Shown piece after piece: positions 63,968-64,000 of a stretch of DNA of 64,000 bases. Position 1 is the stretch's first letter; the number at the start of each line of letters is the position of its first letter. The notes under the pieces are model-generated. The model had not been told where the DNA came from. It made no database searches and was given only the letters and a program-made list of their open reading frames with translations. This DNA comes from Phallusia mammillata (taxonomy: Eukaryota), in the NCBI GenBank assembly GCA_965637545.1, contig OZ281500.1:20708001-20772000 (forward strand), written 5' to 3'. Made by a program: the position numbers and the translations under genes.

Positions 63968-64000
63968 TCGCAATGCTGCTATTGATTAATACAGATATCA

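Overview
Intron-rich animal genomic DNA (AT-rich, GT-AG introns from about 60 bp to over 10 kb; an invertebrate chordate such as an ascidian is my guess, not something the sequence proves). Six protein-coding genes can be reconstructed exon by exon: PAPS synthase (+), a bacterial-like TauD/TfdA dioxygenase (-), 4E-BP (-), a three-finger C2H2 zinc-finger gene (-), a 29-kb Slingshot phosphatase (-) and RPS6 (+), the last two head-to-head. Introns and spacers carry many hAT-type MITEs with 8-bp target-site duplications, an internally deleted hAT transposon and a tRNA-derived SINE. Most notable observations: (1) a repeat family whose consensus is a type I hammerhead ribozyme, including a ~148-nt tandem dimer (retrozyme-like), all antisense within Slingshot introns; (2) two tandem 139-nt mutually exclusive exons in the APS-kinase domain of PAPSS, flanked by five TGCATG motifs; (3) a 670-nt alternative exon that would replace the TOS motif of 4E-BP with a ~220-aa low-complexity tail; (4) two paralogous H/ACA snoRNAs in RPS6 introns with compensatory substitutions and pockets matching conserved LSU rRNA sites; (5) the intron-containing TauD-like gene sitting tail-to-tail with PAPSS. 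All gene models were built by hand and need RNA-seq confirmation.
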